Shown here: piece after piece, positions 14,601 to 27,794 of the stretch
Layout of the letters: the number at the start of each line of letters is the position of its first letter
Numbering within the stretch: the stretch's first letter is position 1
Source: Zootoca vivipara
Lineage: Eukaryota
Assembly: GCF_963506605.1 (NCBI RefSeq)
Contig: NC_083278.1
Coordinates: 48,856,001-48,920,000, forward strand
DNA: 64,000 nucleotides
Reading direction: 5' to 3'
Notes under the pieces: model-generated
The model's database searches: none
What the model saw: only the letters and a program-made list of their open reading frames with translations
Told to the model about the DNA's origin: nothing
Translations under genes and position numbers: made by a program

Positions 14601-17600
14601 TGTGTAGATGAGTAGCTTTGCTTTGTCAGCTTTCACATGTAGCATTGCCATGTCTCACAACACGGACCTAGTTTGACAATGTTAAGCCAAATTGAACAAA
14701 TGTGGCTTTTCCAAATGAAGATTTTATTGACAACATTGCAAAGGCACGTTTACAAAGGGTTTTCAGCCCCCCACATTACTCCTTTAAACTATGGAGGTTT
14801 GAAGGAGAAGTAGGAAGGGCAACTGGGAGTGTACCTTCCTCACCAAACCTCCCATCCCACTCCCCACTGACATTGCCAAACCTCCCCTTAGACCCCTCCA
14901 CTGTTGAGGGAAGGCCAAGAACACGAGCAACAAAGGGGAGGAATATTTTCTCACATTTGTCCCCTACCGACTAGCAATGGTAGCAAATAACAGCAGGATG
15001 GAAAGGAGATATGCTCTCCTTCACTCTTCGGTGGCAGCAGCAGGACAAAGGAACAAAGGAGAGAAGGCCTTCCTATCCTTCATCCTGCTGTTGCTGTCAC
15101 TGCCACTAACAGGAGGAAGGAGTGACAGGTGAGGTGGGCAGTGGCAGCAGAGTATGGCAGTTGCTGAGGAGGTGCCCTGTCCTGCCCTGCCTGTTCCTTT
15201 GTGGCTCACCTGAGCCAGCCACCGCCCATGCTGCTAACTCACTTGGCTGGTCAGCCTGCTCTGCCTGCCTGGGCTGCTCACCTACAGTGCAGTTTTCATG
15301 GCTCCCCATGATGACGTTCTTACATTGTCATTATATACTAAGATACAGAATGATTTATAAAGGGAGAATATGTATTTACGCAATTTACATAAAACACTCA
15401 GTATGTAAACGTTTGCATGGAATGTATCAGATTTCAGGTTAGCTTAAACAAAACTATCATTTGTCCTATTAGGCTCCTTTAAAACAAGAGTTATTTCTCG
15501 TAATGTAATGATTCTATCCTTTCATAATGCTTTTTAATTTTGCTTTTGTTTTTAAAGTTCGGCTTTGAAGAACATTTATTTGCTCGAGTTCCACCCTTCC
15601 CTTGGCCTAGTATCTTTAGTTCCTAAAGCTCTGGGTCATATCCTCCAGGAGTTCCAGCAAAGCTGTAGGCCAAAGACAGCCAGGGAGGCAATTAGTCTGG
15701 AAAAACATGTACTTCAACTTGCCCTGGACACATGGCTGACCATGGAACAGCCAGAGTCTTTCTATGGCTCTCAAATTCAGAAAGATGTATGTATGTCTTC
15801 TACATTTTAAATCTGTGGTGATTTTGTCTTTTTTTAAAAAATAATTCAGGCTATGATATACACGCTTACCTGAAAGTAAGTGCCCTTTTGTTTAATGGGA
15901 CTTACTTTCAAGGAGACAAGCATAGGACTCTGCTGTTAGTGATCTCTGTTGCAGACGCTACACATTCATGTCAGTTAAAATGGACTGATCTGTTGATGTG
16001 CTCTACAAATCTTCTTTCCCTTGTTGACAGAGTCAACTAAAAGTTTCAATACAAACTTTTAAAGATTTTATGCTTGTGAGCTGGACAAATGTGTTTTTGG
16101 TTTTGCACTGTAAGAGGCGCTTGTTGCTGTGTTTATGGCTAAAATAAATAATATTTAATAGGGTATCTTCTACTATATAAATCTTCCCACTGTTTTAGAT
16201 AATCTGGGGAAGTCCTCTTGTATATTCTCCTGCCATCTGAAGTATGTAGGTAGAAGCAGGTAGAAACTCGTGATTGATTGAACTGTTTCCGTTTCTGCTT
16301 CTGCAACACAGCCATGAGAGATCCATTTTGCTTGCCTTCTACTTGAAGTGGAAAATCTATTTGTTTCCATAAACCTTTGACCAGCTAGATGTTGATTTAG
16401 ATTTGCTTTTCTCCCTGATTCCCTGCTGCTAGTTGTTTTAACATTAGCTGATTTCTCTTGTCTATTGTTTGTATGTTGTCATATTTTAAATTGTTTTATA
16501 TACTGTCTTTGATCTAATCTACATTGACCTGGTTCACACATAAGCCATGGCTTAGCATGAATGGGCAAACATGCTAGCTCCTGGAGAGATCATAGCCACT
16601 TTGCTCCTTTGGGTCATTTTGCTGCTGCACTGAGCTGAACCTTGGCTTGACTTTATTGGAGATATAACGGTAATATTGTGCAGCTTTAAGTTACTGAAGC
16701 ATAAAAACTGACTCCTTTGGATCAAAACATTGTTCAGGCCCATAACTTTGATTCAAGCTTTACTTGTAGAACTTTCTTCAAAACAGAACAAAAAACAGTA
16801 AATGATACATTCAAACATTCCATAAAGTCTTGTGCAAGTCCAGTATGGGTTCATCTTATTAAAAATAAAAGATAATTCCAAACAGACATATATGCAAAAG
16901 TCTGTCTCCTTACAGCCTCCATTTTGCTTGGAGTTATTTTCTCTCCCTTCAGGAGACTCATTTGCACATCCTTACTCCCACAGAGCGTGGGAACAATGAT
17001 TCAGCCACCACCCTTCCAAGATGATGAATCTGCGGTTCAATGGCACCCATGTGATCTAAGGTTAAACACTCACATATTAGCTAGCAGAGAACAGTAACAG
17101 TTATCAATCCATCTAGGAGCTCAGAGAACCCTTATTCTTATTCTTTAGCTTCAATGGAATCTTCTAGCTAATCCCTTTCACCAATACACATAGGCATTCT
17201 CCATTTCAGTGTCTATTAAACCATTATATTTAACAGCCTTAACTTGTCATCTGAACTTGGGCTCGTGGTTTGATAAGTCAATTAAGCAACAACATTATTT
17301 TTACTGGCTGTTGAAAGGTGTATGTCCCTCATAGTTATTCACAGAAGTTCTGGTTGAAGATCCTGGTCTTGTAAGAGAGATTGCTATGTCAGCACTGAAA
17401 TCAGCAGAAGAGGGGAAGCAGAAACAGGGTAATGAAAAGCAAGATTTTATTCTGAACATCTTTTCAAGGCTCCTTGAACTTCTGACCCTCCGCCATCGAT
17501 TGATAGAGGCAGCGGTAGAAAGTGCACAGCTGCAGAGGTAAAGTAATGGGCACATGGGATGGCAATGCAGGGAGCTATATTGAAATCCCAATGAAGATGG

Positions 17601-20600
17601 ATTGAAAGTAACCCTTAAGGACTTTTGTGCAGCAGGTGTTTGTTTTTTCCTACTCTTGGGGTATGTAGGTTAAAATGCATATCCAGTGTGCCATAATATT
17701 GGGACTCCTGTTGACATTTAGGTCTCTCCTCGTCAGTCCCTCCAAACCACTATTTCAGGTACGCCGCCTTTATTACACCAGAATGGGGAACCCCTTTCAG
17801 CCCAAGGGCTACATTCTCTTCTGGACAACTGTTTGGGACCCACATGCCAGTGGTGGGTGGGGCCAGAGCAATGAATGTGAATTTTACCCACCCACCCATC
17901 CAGGCAAGCAAGAAGCACGATCAGAGTTCAAGGATACATTCCAGCCAAGCAAAAACAGTCAAGGAAGTGTGTAAAGCATAGCAAGTGTGGGTCCTGAGGG
18001 CCAGACAGAGATGTCCCCCAGCCCGGAGATTCCCCATCCCTGTTTTATACCCACAGTCAAATTGCCCACTGTCTCCCACACCTATTGAGACACAGAATTA
18101 TTCTTAAATAGCGCACAGTTGCTGGCAAACAAAATTTCTGTTTCTAACAAAAGCAAGAGTTGCCAGCAAGGGTGACCCTGACAGTGGCTAAAGAAACATT
18201 GCAAAGTTAGATGCATGTGTTCTTTTCCTTTTAGACTCTACAAAGAATTTGCAGGAGAAATGGGATTTGATGAGTTCCATTTATACTTAAGGCCTGTGCA
18301 CTTTGAATTTGCAACTCACAAAGAGAAAGCAGACCAGCCCTCACCAATATTTGTTACTTCTCTTCTGGAGCATCGTGATAGTAGTGTGGATAGGTAAACC
18401 AGAGCTTTATGGGTATTTTGGCACATTTTCCTCTTCTTTCGATCAGCCCCAAACGCAACATATCTAGGTCCAAATGATGTGGAAATAGAACAGCTATTCT
18501 TTCTTAAAACTTTCCAAATTGATCTTCTTTCTAAGCATTGTCATAAAGTGTGAATGGAGCTTCTGTTGTTTTAATTCACCCTTTTCAAGATTAGTATTTT
18601 AAAAATAAAAAGCTAGTATAGTTTCACAAAAGAAAAGTGCATATAAGGAGTGAAATCAAATCCCCCCCCAGCCAAATTCAATGCAGCTCATCTATTTCAG
18701 GGTTTCTGAGGCACCAGTGTTTATTAACACAAACTGCTGACGGTTTATTCAATGAAAGAGACCATAACTGTTATTTTGCCCTTGGTAGTATTTCTTAGAG
18801 GCTGGGATGTGGATACTCCATAAGCCTACAGATATATTGTGGGTCAGGTATTCACATTTATACTTAAGGTCTGATTAACTTTGCCCAGTTAATCATCCAG
18901 CCCTCAGTTGTAGCATAACACACTCTCCCAGTCTGCTCTGTAGCCATGCTGTGTGCATATTTGTATTCTCAATAGGCACAGCCCTCCTAGATTTGCAAAA
19001 TTGCAGTGACTCTATGTCCCCTGCCTTCTACACGGTGGGGGTGGTAGAAGAGTACTGTAATTAAACAAATGACTTTTGCAGTTATTTGTAAGCAGTCTCC
19101 CATATGAAATTAAAACCAATCACAAACTAGCAGAATGTATGATTTAGCAAAAGTGCATTTCAGAAATTTGCTGTGGCTTTCAGAAACAGATTTCTTTAAA
19201 TCTATACAAAGAAATATGTCACACATCTCCAATGTTTGCCTTGTGAGACAGTCCTCCCCTCTATTTATTTTAAATATATACTGCTTTTGGAAATGTGTCT
19301 GATTTTATTTGTCTGTTTGTTTAATTTATATCCCGGCCTTACTTCCAAAGAAGCCCACTTTGCAGTGGTATCATTGGAGACATGAGCTTAGATTCTAACT
19401 TCTTCTTCTTTGGTGATCACTCATAGCCGAGTCAGATTGTCTTCCGTAAACATGGTTTTAACAATGGGTCCATAAGTGACTGTGGAGGCCAATTCTGGAT
19501 CCACACGTCCTTCCACACTGGGGGCATTGGTTTCCAGGTGGGAGTTGATCACGGTGTGGATTTGCCAAGCATGCCTTTCTCTTAGGTTCACAGAAGGGTA
19601 GTTAGGATCAAAGTCATGTTCTGTAGATTAAAAATATTTGTAATAAAAAATGTGAATAAGAAGCAAGCACAGCACTTTCCCTTTTCATTTATTTACATTT
19701 CTAGGTTCATGAATGCTTTCATATTAGTTTGTGTAATTTAGAAATATTTACCTCTTGCAGATATGTTCCGTCCAGCTTAATGTTAAACATCCATGATATT
19801 GACAATCAAATTGGAAAATTTAGCTTTCGTACAAGAGACAGCATTCTTCAGGTGACTGAATTATTCCCCCCCCCCCAGTAATTCTCAGTACTGTACAACC
19901 ACAATGAATACATTTTATTCCCTCCCTCCCTATAAATTTTCTTTTGTCTTGGACCAGAAGTTATTTGAGAAGCAGCAGTGTTCTGGGTTATCATTTTTAA
20001 TATAACTGTACCCTGACTATCTCAGTCACTGTAAAAAGGGGATCTAAACTGTGCGTAAATTACACTGTAGATGCACCATTTCTAAGTTGAAGTACCTAAT
20101 TATACAGGTAGGTAGCCATGTCGGTCTGACGTAGATGAAACAATAAAATAAAATAAAATCCTTCCCGTAGCACCTTAGAGACCAACTAAGTTTGTCATAG
20201 GTATGAGCTTTCTTGTGCATGTTATACAGTCATACTGTACCTCGGTTTAAGTACACCTCGGTTTGAGTATTTTCAGTTTAAGTACTCTGTGGACCTGTCT
20301 GGAACGGATTAATCCACTTTCCATTACTTTCAATGGGAAAGTTCGCTTCAGGTTAAGTACGCTTCAGGTTAAGTACGGACTTCCGGAACCAATTGTGTTT
20401 GTAAACCGAGGAACCACTGTACAGATCTCAGCATCTTTAGCTACCTTAAGCTCCCAGTATAAAAGTATACTGCATATGCAAGCTTATATTGCACTTAATT
20501 ATTGTTCTAGATCTATGCAGAATAAAATCCTGTATCTGAATGCAAGGGAAAAGATTTCAGTGAGTCTAAGGATAAGTACATCTATATCAAGGAAAAACTG

Positions 20601-22937
20601 TGCAACTTCATGTTATGGTTATTATATGGTCCTAATCTTTTTAATCTTAATTCTTCAGCTGTTACTGAAGTCCCATGGAATAGAAAACCTTCAGATTGCT
20701 CTCGCCTGCCAAGTCACTCATAAAAACACACTGGTTGTTGCAGTTCAACAGGCTGCATTTTGCCCCATGATGCAGCCCTCACGGACTTTGGACATGAAGG
20801 TTTGCATTTTCTCCCTCTCTCCAACTATACATGGAATGCAGTTGTGTAACTTTTTATTACTTTTTGAAAATGAAAATCACTCACCAGAGGCTACAGTTGG
20901 AAAGCAAGTGGGGAAGGTATATGTAACCCTTCCCCTATAGGCTACTAGGCTCCTCAGAATCGCCCTGTCATGTTGTCAGAATCCAAGTTTGGGGCAAGTA
21001 CCCTTTGATGAGAATCCAAGCAGAGATTTAAATCACACAATATACAGCAAAGTAAAGCATGGAAGTATAGGCCATTAGACCTTTAAAACACGTCTTTCCA
21101 AGTGAGTTCCCAAATAGTCCCCTCTTCCCCTAGCATAGGAAAAAACCACACATTAAGTTAACAATTGTTTACTTATGAGCTCTCTAAAGGTCAGGTTCAT
21201 GTACTTTTCCATACATCAGTCAGAAATGTTGCACAGGCAGTAAAACGTAGTATAGTTCCAAATGGTGAAAGGTCCTAAATTATTGGTATAAGAACTTAAG
21301 AGTGGCTTGTGAGAGCCATGCGGTCTGAGCTGGAGCAACTAGCTCAAACCTCTTTACACGTTGAGCTTCTCAGGTAGACAGAGGGAGGAACAAAGACTTG
21401 ATTACCTAGTTCCTCTCAAGGTGAGCTAATCATGGCAGGATAGCTTACTCTATGGTCTTAAGCCCTTAATGCATTAATTAGACCAGCAATTTGGTTATAT
21501 GAGGCTGTTTATCCCACAGCAGGAACCATTAGGTAATGGATTATCTGCATTAGGTAATGGGCAGTGGTGTAGATTTGTGTAAAAGGAAATGTGTTTCTTT
21601 AATGTTTCAGGAAGGAGGTCTAAGTCTGAGGAGTCAGAGCAGTTCAGCAAGTAGAAGTTCTATGGTTGGAACTGAAACAGAAGACCAGTTTCTGGCCGCA
21701 GCGCCATTGGTTTTACATTCCATTCAACATTTTGCAGCAGGACGCAGCATTTTAAAAAGGTAGGTTGATAGTATAATGGGCTGCAGAGTGTTTTCCATGT
21801 ATGTACGCATGCATGTTTCTATGCACACACGGCTCTTTCTTTCATTTCACCTTGAGACTACAGTTCTAAGCATTCTTACCAGGATGCAAGAACCACTGAT
21901 ATCCTCATGTTCCTGCCTCTTCCAGCACTTTCAAAGACCCCATTCCCATAGCTTATGGCATCCACGTATATCCATTGACATGATCCCACAGTGTTGCGGT
22001 TTGGCTCAATCCATACAAGTATTCATTTACAATCCCATGGATATTTCTACCAGTTTTTTTGCTCTCCCCTTTCTGGCTGGGCAAGGAATGGATGAGAAAT
22101 TAATTTATTTTATGTCCTGCCATTCCTCAAAGGACCTCTAATGCTGTACTGGGGACAACCCCATGATAGGTCCTGCTCATACCAGTGGTGCTAGATCACA
22201 TTACCGGAAATAAGTGTTGTGTTGTTAGAAAGGAGCCACAGCTGACAAATAGTATTTGCAAAGTCGTGATATTTACAATAAGCGTGGATTCCTTAGTTAA
22301 AATCAGTTTCTTTAATTATGGCATGAATACTAAATGTTTATAAAGTGTAGATATGAGGTAAATATTAGTTGTTCAACTATGTAGTTAGCCTGTTAATAGT
22401 AAAATGTCAGTATTTCTATCTTCAGGATAATATTATTGCTCATTTTCCAGGCCTCGAGAAGCTTTTGTTTCAATTCAGTTGGAGAAACAGGGTCCACGGG
22501 ACATGATGCTGAACACGTTCATTCAAAAGAAACAAATCCTGGGGACTAGAATGCAAAATCCTGTAAGTGTGCCAGGAAATCATCTAGGAATTTACTTACA
22601 TTTTGTTGTTTTCAGGCTAACCCTTAGTGAACTTTTTGGCTTCAGAATCAGTGCACTTCCAAATGTTTGGGAGTTGTTTTAAAAAACCCACAATATTAGA
22701 AGCTCAACTGGAGTGTATTGTGGAAACTCAGCCTAATATAAACCAGCATGCTTTGGCACAAAAAGGGTGTAAGCAGCTAGTAAGGGATGCCAAAAAAGAA
22801 TTTGAGGACCATATTGCTAAATACCGATACATCAAGGCCAACAAGAAGTTATTTAAATACATTACAGGGAGGTGGTTGGATGACAAGGAAGTCAAATATG
22901 TGCTAAAGGAGGATAAAGAGATTGCGGAAAAGCTGAC

Positions 22938-22988
<51 letters not shown>

Positions 22989-25900
22989 TACCCTGCCCAT
23001 CTGGCTGGGTTTCCCTGGCCACTCTGGGCGGCTTCAAACAAATATAAAAATACATTAAAACATCACAGATTAAAAACTTCCCTAAACAGGGCTGCCTTTA
23101 GGTGTTTTCTAAATGTCAGGTAGTTGTTCATCTCCCTGACCTCCGATGGAAGGGAGTTCCACAGGGCGGGTGCCACTACCGAGAATTATTTAGAAAGTGA
23201 ATTATTTGCAACTTTCTTCGCAACAGAAAATATAGGGAACATTCTAGTGCTTGAACTAACTTTTGAAAAGGGGACTCTGAGAAACTGAGACAGATAGTGG
23301 TAATGAGAGATGAACTTTTAGGCCTAAAAAAGGGCAACCACACACATCAATAGGATGGAGCAACTTCCCTATGAAGAGAGGTTGCAGCATTTGACTTTTT
23401 GAATACACAACTTTCCAATGACGTGTGTCTTTGTAAGATAATAAAAAGGTAAAGGGGCCCCTGACCATCAGGTCCAGTCGTATATATATATGCATAATTA
23501 TGTAAAACTCTGGAAATCTTATTTAAAAGAAAAACAAATTTTATAATTTGTTGCAGGAGGAAGTTGAAAAAGTCAAAAGAGAAGTTATTGTTGAATACTG
23601 CCATAAGTAAGTACACAAAATCTATACACCATATCTCCGCCAAAGGCTAGTGGAGTTTGTATGTAAAAAGTTTATTTTCCTATTCTTACTGCAGGCCAAT
23701 GCTATATTGGTATGATGTGGACGTTTCAGTAATGGGGATACAAAGCCAAACAGTCTGTCCTTAGTCGAAACAAAACAAAAATTGTGATTGATATGAGCTT
23801 TTGTGTGCATGCACACTTATTCAGTCTGTCCTTAGATAAGCTAGAAAATAGAAGAGAGTAATGTCCAAGTCCATAAGTAAAAAACAAAAAGCCTGCCAAG
23901 ATGTAACAAAGCGAAACACAAACAACATAAATAATACTAAAATAATTTCAACAGGGCCAGTTGGGAAGTAAAAGCAGTCTAGTTATGCTTCAGGCAGTTT
24001 CTGCAAATAAACTACCTATATAAGAACAATTGTAATAATCTGGGTCACAGCAGTTGTTTGACAGTCCATTATGTCCTGGGAAGGGGGAAGAGAGGGAAGG
24101 AGGAAGAGAGGTGGTGAGTGGCGGTTATCAAGATAGGCAATCCTGAATAAAGAATAGTACACCCTGATTCCTCAGGAGCAAAGGTGTTTTCACCTGGGAC
24201 ATCAATTTTGGATCTTGTAATATTGCTAGCAACAAATTGTGTCCCCTGTTGCTACATGAATTTTATGTGACTCACCTGAGGAAACATAAGAAGCCTGTAG
24301 CTGGATTGGATACTGATATCAACAGCCTAAACAGTAAATGCAACCTATTTCCAGTTGTGTAAATGTAAGAATCACACAACTGCTTTGTATGGAACAATGG
24401 AAAATATTTAAAGGCGTCTGCATTCAAATGAGTGCTACCATTTATCCTTCACTAACATTGAAAAGACAATGTATTTTACACAACACATTTTGTCCACTCA
24501 TGAGCAAGAGAGCACTAAGAAATTACGAGATTTATTCTGTGCTAATATTTACAATTTAGGTATGTCCTTTACATTTCAGTGAAAATGTAAAGCAGGGAAA
24601 CTGGTTCTTCAGATATGAGCACGATAATCTTTTGCTAATGCTAAACTTTGGTACCATTTTAGGATGACACATCGTATATCACAATACTCTCTTCGAAGTC
24701 AGATCATTGCTTATTACAACAGTTTAAAATCTATGCTAGATGATTTCCCCAGCGTGAGAGACAAATACTTCATGATTGGGCAGCCGCAAGAGAAGAAAGA
24801 AAAACAAGAATTGAAAGAAAAGCCTGAAGATGATCCCAGGTATGTAAATACTCTTAGCTGCTTGTTTGTAGAGTTCCATATCATATTGTTTTGCTAATTG
24901 GGGACAGTGGGATTACTGCTGCTAGCCAATAGTTTATTTCTTTCTGGCTATTAGACAGATATAATCCCATCAGAGAAAAAGGCAGAATATAAATAAATCA
25001 ACAACAACCCTTTGAGGTAGGTTAGGCAGAGAGACAGTGACAGCCCCAAGGTTACCGGTAAGCTTCATGGCAGAGTGGGAATTTTAACCTGGCCTCCCCA
25101 ATTCTAGTTCAGCATTCTAATCACTACACGTGGTCAAAGGATATGATGGTAAGCTTATAAAGAGAGGGAGAACCATGCAAATAAAGCCCATAAGTGTTAT
25201 CTTCAAAGTGGAATTAGAAGCCCACCTCCCTTCCCCTGTTAGACGGAGAGGTAGCTTAGGAGGCTGCTATTTGGTTTGCTTGTTTTATCATATTTTCCTT
25301 TGGAAAACTCGGAGCAGCTTATGGGGTCTTCCACTGTTTCTCATTTAGTCACTTTATCAATTCCACACCAGCTCAGTTTCCACACTGCTGAGCCTATTTT
25401 TGCTGCTGTTGTGTTGTGGGCCACTTGGGAGAAATTTGTGTGAAAAGGCACCACTTAATATAGTAATTATAAAATTATGATTATATAGGTTATATTTCTT
25501 GTTTTTATATATGCATGTACCACATGCAGCAAACAAAAAACAACTATATAGCTGTTGTGCAAAAATACCTGTTGAGTGCCACAGAACATTGCGATGTGAT
25601 TGTGCAAGTAATTCACTTTCCTTCCGTAACAACTCAGGTCATTCCAGACACGGCCTCGTGGCTTGCTGTCCACAGATGGACAGTCCTTCTTGAATCTGTG
25701 GTTCATCCCTCACCCTTCTGAAGTCCTATCTGTGTTTAAAATGCTACCAGAGAAGGTTCGTATATAGTCCTGAAGATAACTCTTGTTACTCAAAATGTAT
25801 AGATCAAGGTGGTCCAACATGTGGCCCGTTATTCCTTTTTTGGTGGCCCCCTAGCAACATTTGGTGCCCCTCCCTGTCCTTACACTGCCTTCCCAAGCGG

Positions 25901-27755
25901 GGTAAATGAGGCACTGTGATTTGGGAAGGAGGTGTGAGGGCTCTGACAGAGTCCTTTCCAAAGCCCAGTTAGCGCTTTTCGAGTATGGGGAAGAAGGTGG
26001 GAGGGCTCTAGGACCCTGATATAGCCTCGTGCCTCTTTCCCAATGCACTGTGCCACACTTAGCCAACTTTGAGATGGCAGCAAATTTTGGCCTCGCTCCC
26101 CACCTGTTCGCACAACAAGGCAGTGTGCAGCTCACGGCTTCTGTGTTGAAGTACTCCTGTGGCCCACTTGGTATGAAAGGTTGGGCTGCCATGGTTTAGA
26201 TTAACCTGGTACTGGTCTCTTTTGTCATGTTGCCATATTGTGCTGCCGTTGAAATATTATTAGGCACTGGATCCAGAGGAAAGTGTGCTATAGGGGCCTT
26301 GGAAGCTATCATGGATTTTTCTGAAAAGGCTGGGCTAGGGAATGTGGGAGGATTTCTGAAAACTGGGTAGAAGACATTTCCATGAATGTTCTATTCGCAG
26401 AAGTACCCCCCTCCCTTTTCTCCAGTCCCTTGCACCACAACCTTTACTCCCGAAGCAGGGTTGCAGTGGCATGGTAGACTTGCCCAAAATCTAGCAGAAG
26501 CACCCTGTATGAACAGAGTTGCATGCAGTTTGGGCCAATCCCCCCACCCTTGCAGTGTCCTGCGTAGCCTTTGGATTGAACCCAATGTACTTAGGGGTGT
26601 GTGGTTAGGCGAAGGGGTGTGTGGTTAGCAGCCATGGTGGAGAGAGCCGTCTGAGGCAGTTGTAAGAGGGAGGAACTTAAGACCTTAAAACTGCAAACCC
26701 CACTCAGTTCTTGAATATTAGATGTTCTATTGCCAAATGATGAGATACATGGGAGGGAGGCAGCTACAAAATTAACTCCTAAGCAAAAACTGATCTGGTC
26801 CTCTCCAATGGTAATCCCAAAATCTACCACCTCAAGTGGTCTGCCTCTTTTGTCTAATGGCAGAACTAACCTTGAATGAAATAAATATAGAAAGCCTATG
26901 GGATATTAGTAATATTTTCTGGAATGGATTTTGAACAGTTAGTAAAGGTAGCAGTCCAATCTAGAGACTCCCTTAAGGTGTTTTCAGATGAGGCCTCAGT
27001 ATTGCCAATGGGTTGTTGGCAACCTTTTCTTTTAACTTATTGGATTTTCCCCAGAAATAGGGGGAAAAATGATTAAATGGGGGTGGGGGACAAGCTGGTG
27101 TTTTGATGTTTATGATGTTGTGTGATGCTACAGTGTATGAGAAGCACTGATCCAGGCTCATGCAGAGCTAAGCCCAGGGCAGGAGTCTTGAGTTATAAAC
27201 TCAAACAAAAAAAAGCGCCTGGTCACTGGTGGGGCCCCCCCAGCAGCTTAGCCCTTTGAGGCCCAGGGCAAGTGTTCCTGGCTGCCCCCCTCCCCTGTGT
27301 GGGCCTGCACTGATCCCATAATTAACACCCATTAGATTGCAAATAGCAGCTGCTGCTTTCAGTTTGAGATTGCTAAATGGCTAATTGATTATGATTTGTG
27401 TTTAATTTTTGAAAGATTTTTCTCCCTCTATTTCCCTCCCTTTTCCATAGACTGGCTTCAGAGCCCTGAGGCAGACACTGCAAATTGTTGCAGCTTTTCA
27501 CGACATTATTTCCTACATTTTCAGCTTTGCACAGCTAGGAAATGCAACAGGCTGCTTTGATTATGTGTGTCCTCCTGACCATCTCACTGCAGAATGGGGA
27601 GGGACTGAATGGATCGGTTAGTAACAGATGTTCTTCTTTGAAACAGATAATGAATGTAAGGGCAAGTTTGTTATGCGCTGTTCAAAGGAATACTTTGGGT
27701 ATACAGGTGTCTTAAATCAGAAACTGCACATTTATGCTTAACATCTGTGATTTTC

Positions 27756-27794
<39 letters not shown>

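Noticed and set aside
20263-20940. 225-aa ORF
   Set aside because: Chance read-through of a MITE and intron into real exon 20659-20799.
22627-23058. 143-aa ORF as a separate gene
   Set aside because: CR1 fragment fused to a (TTTA)n tail.
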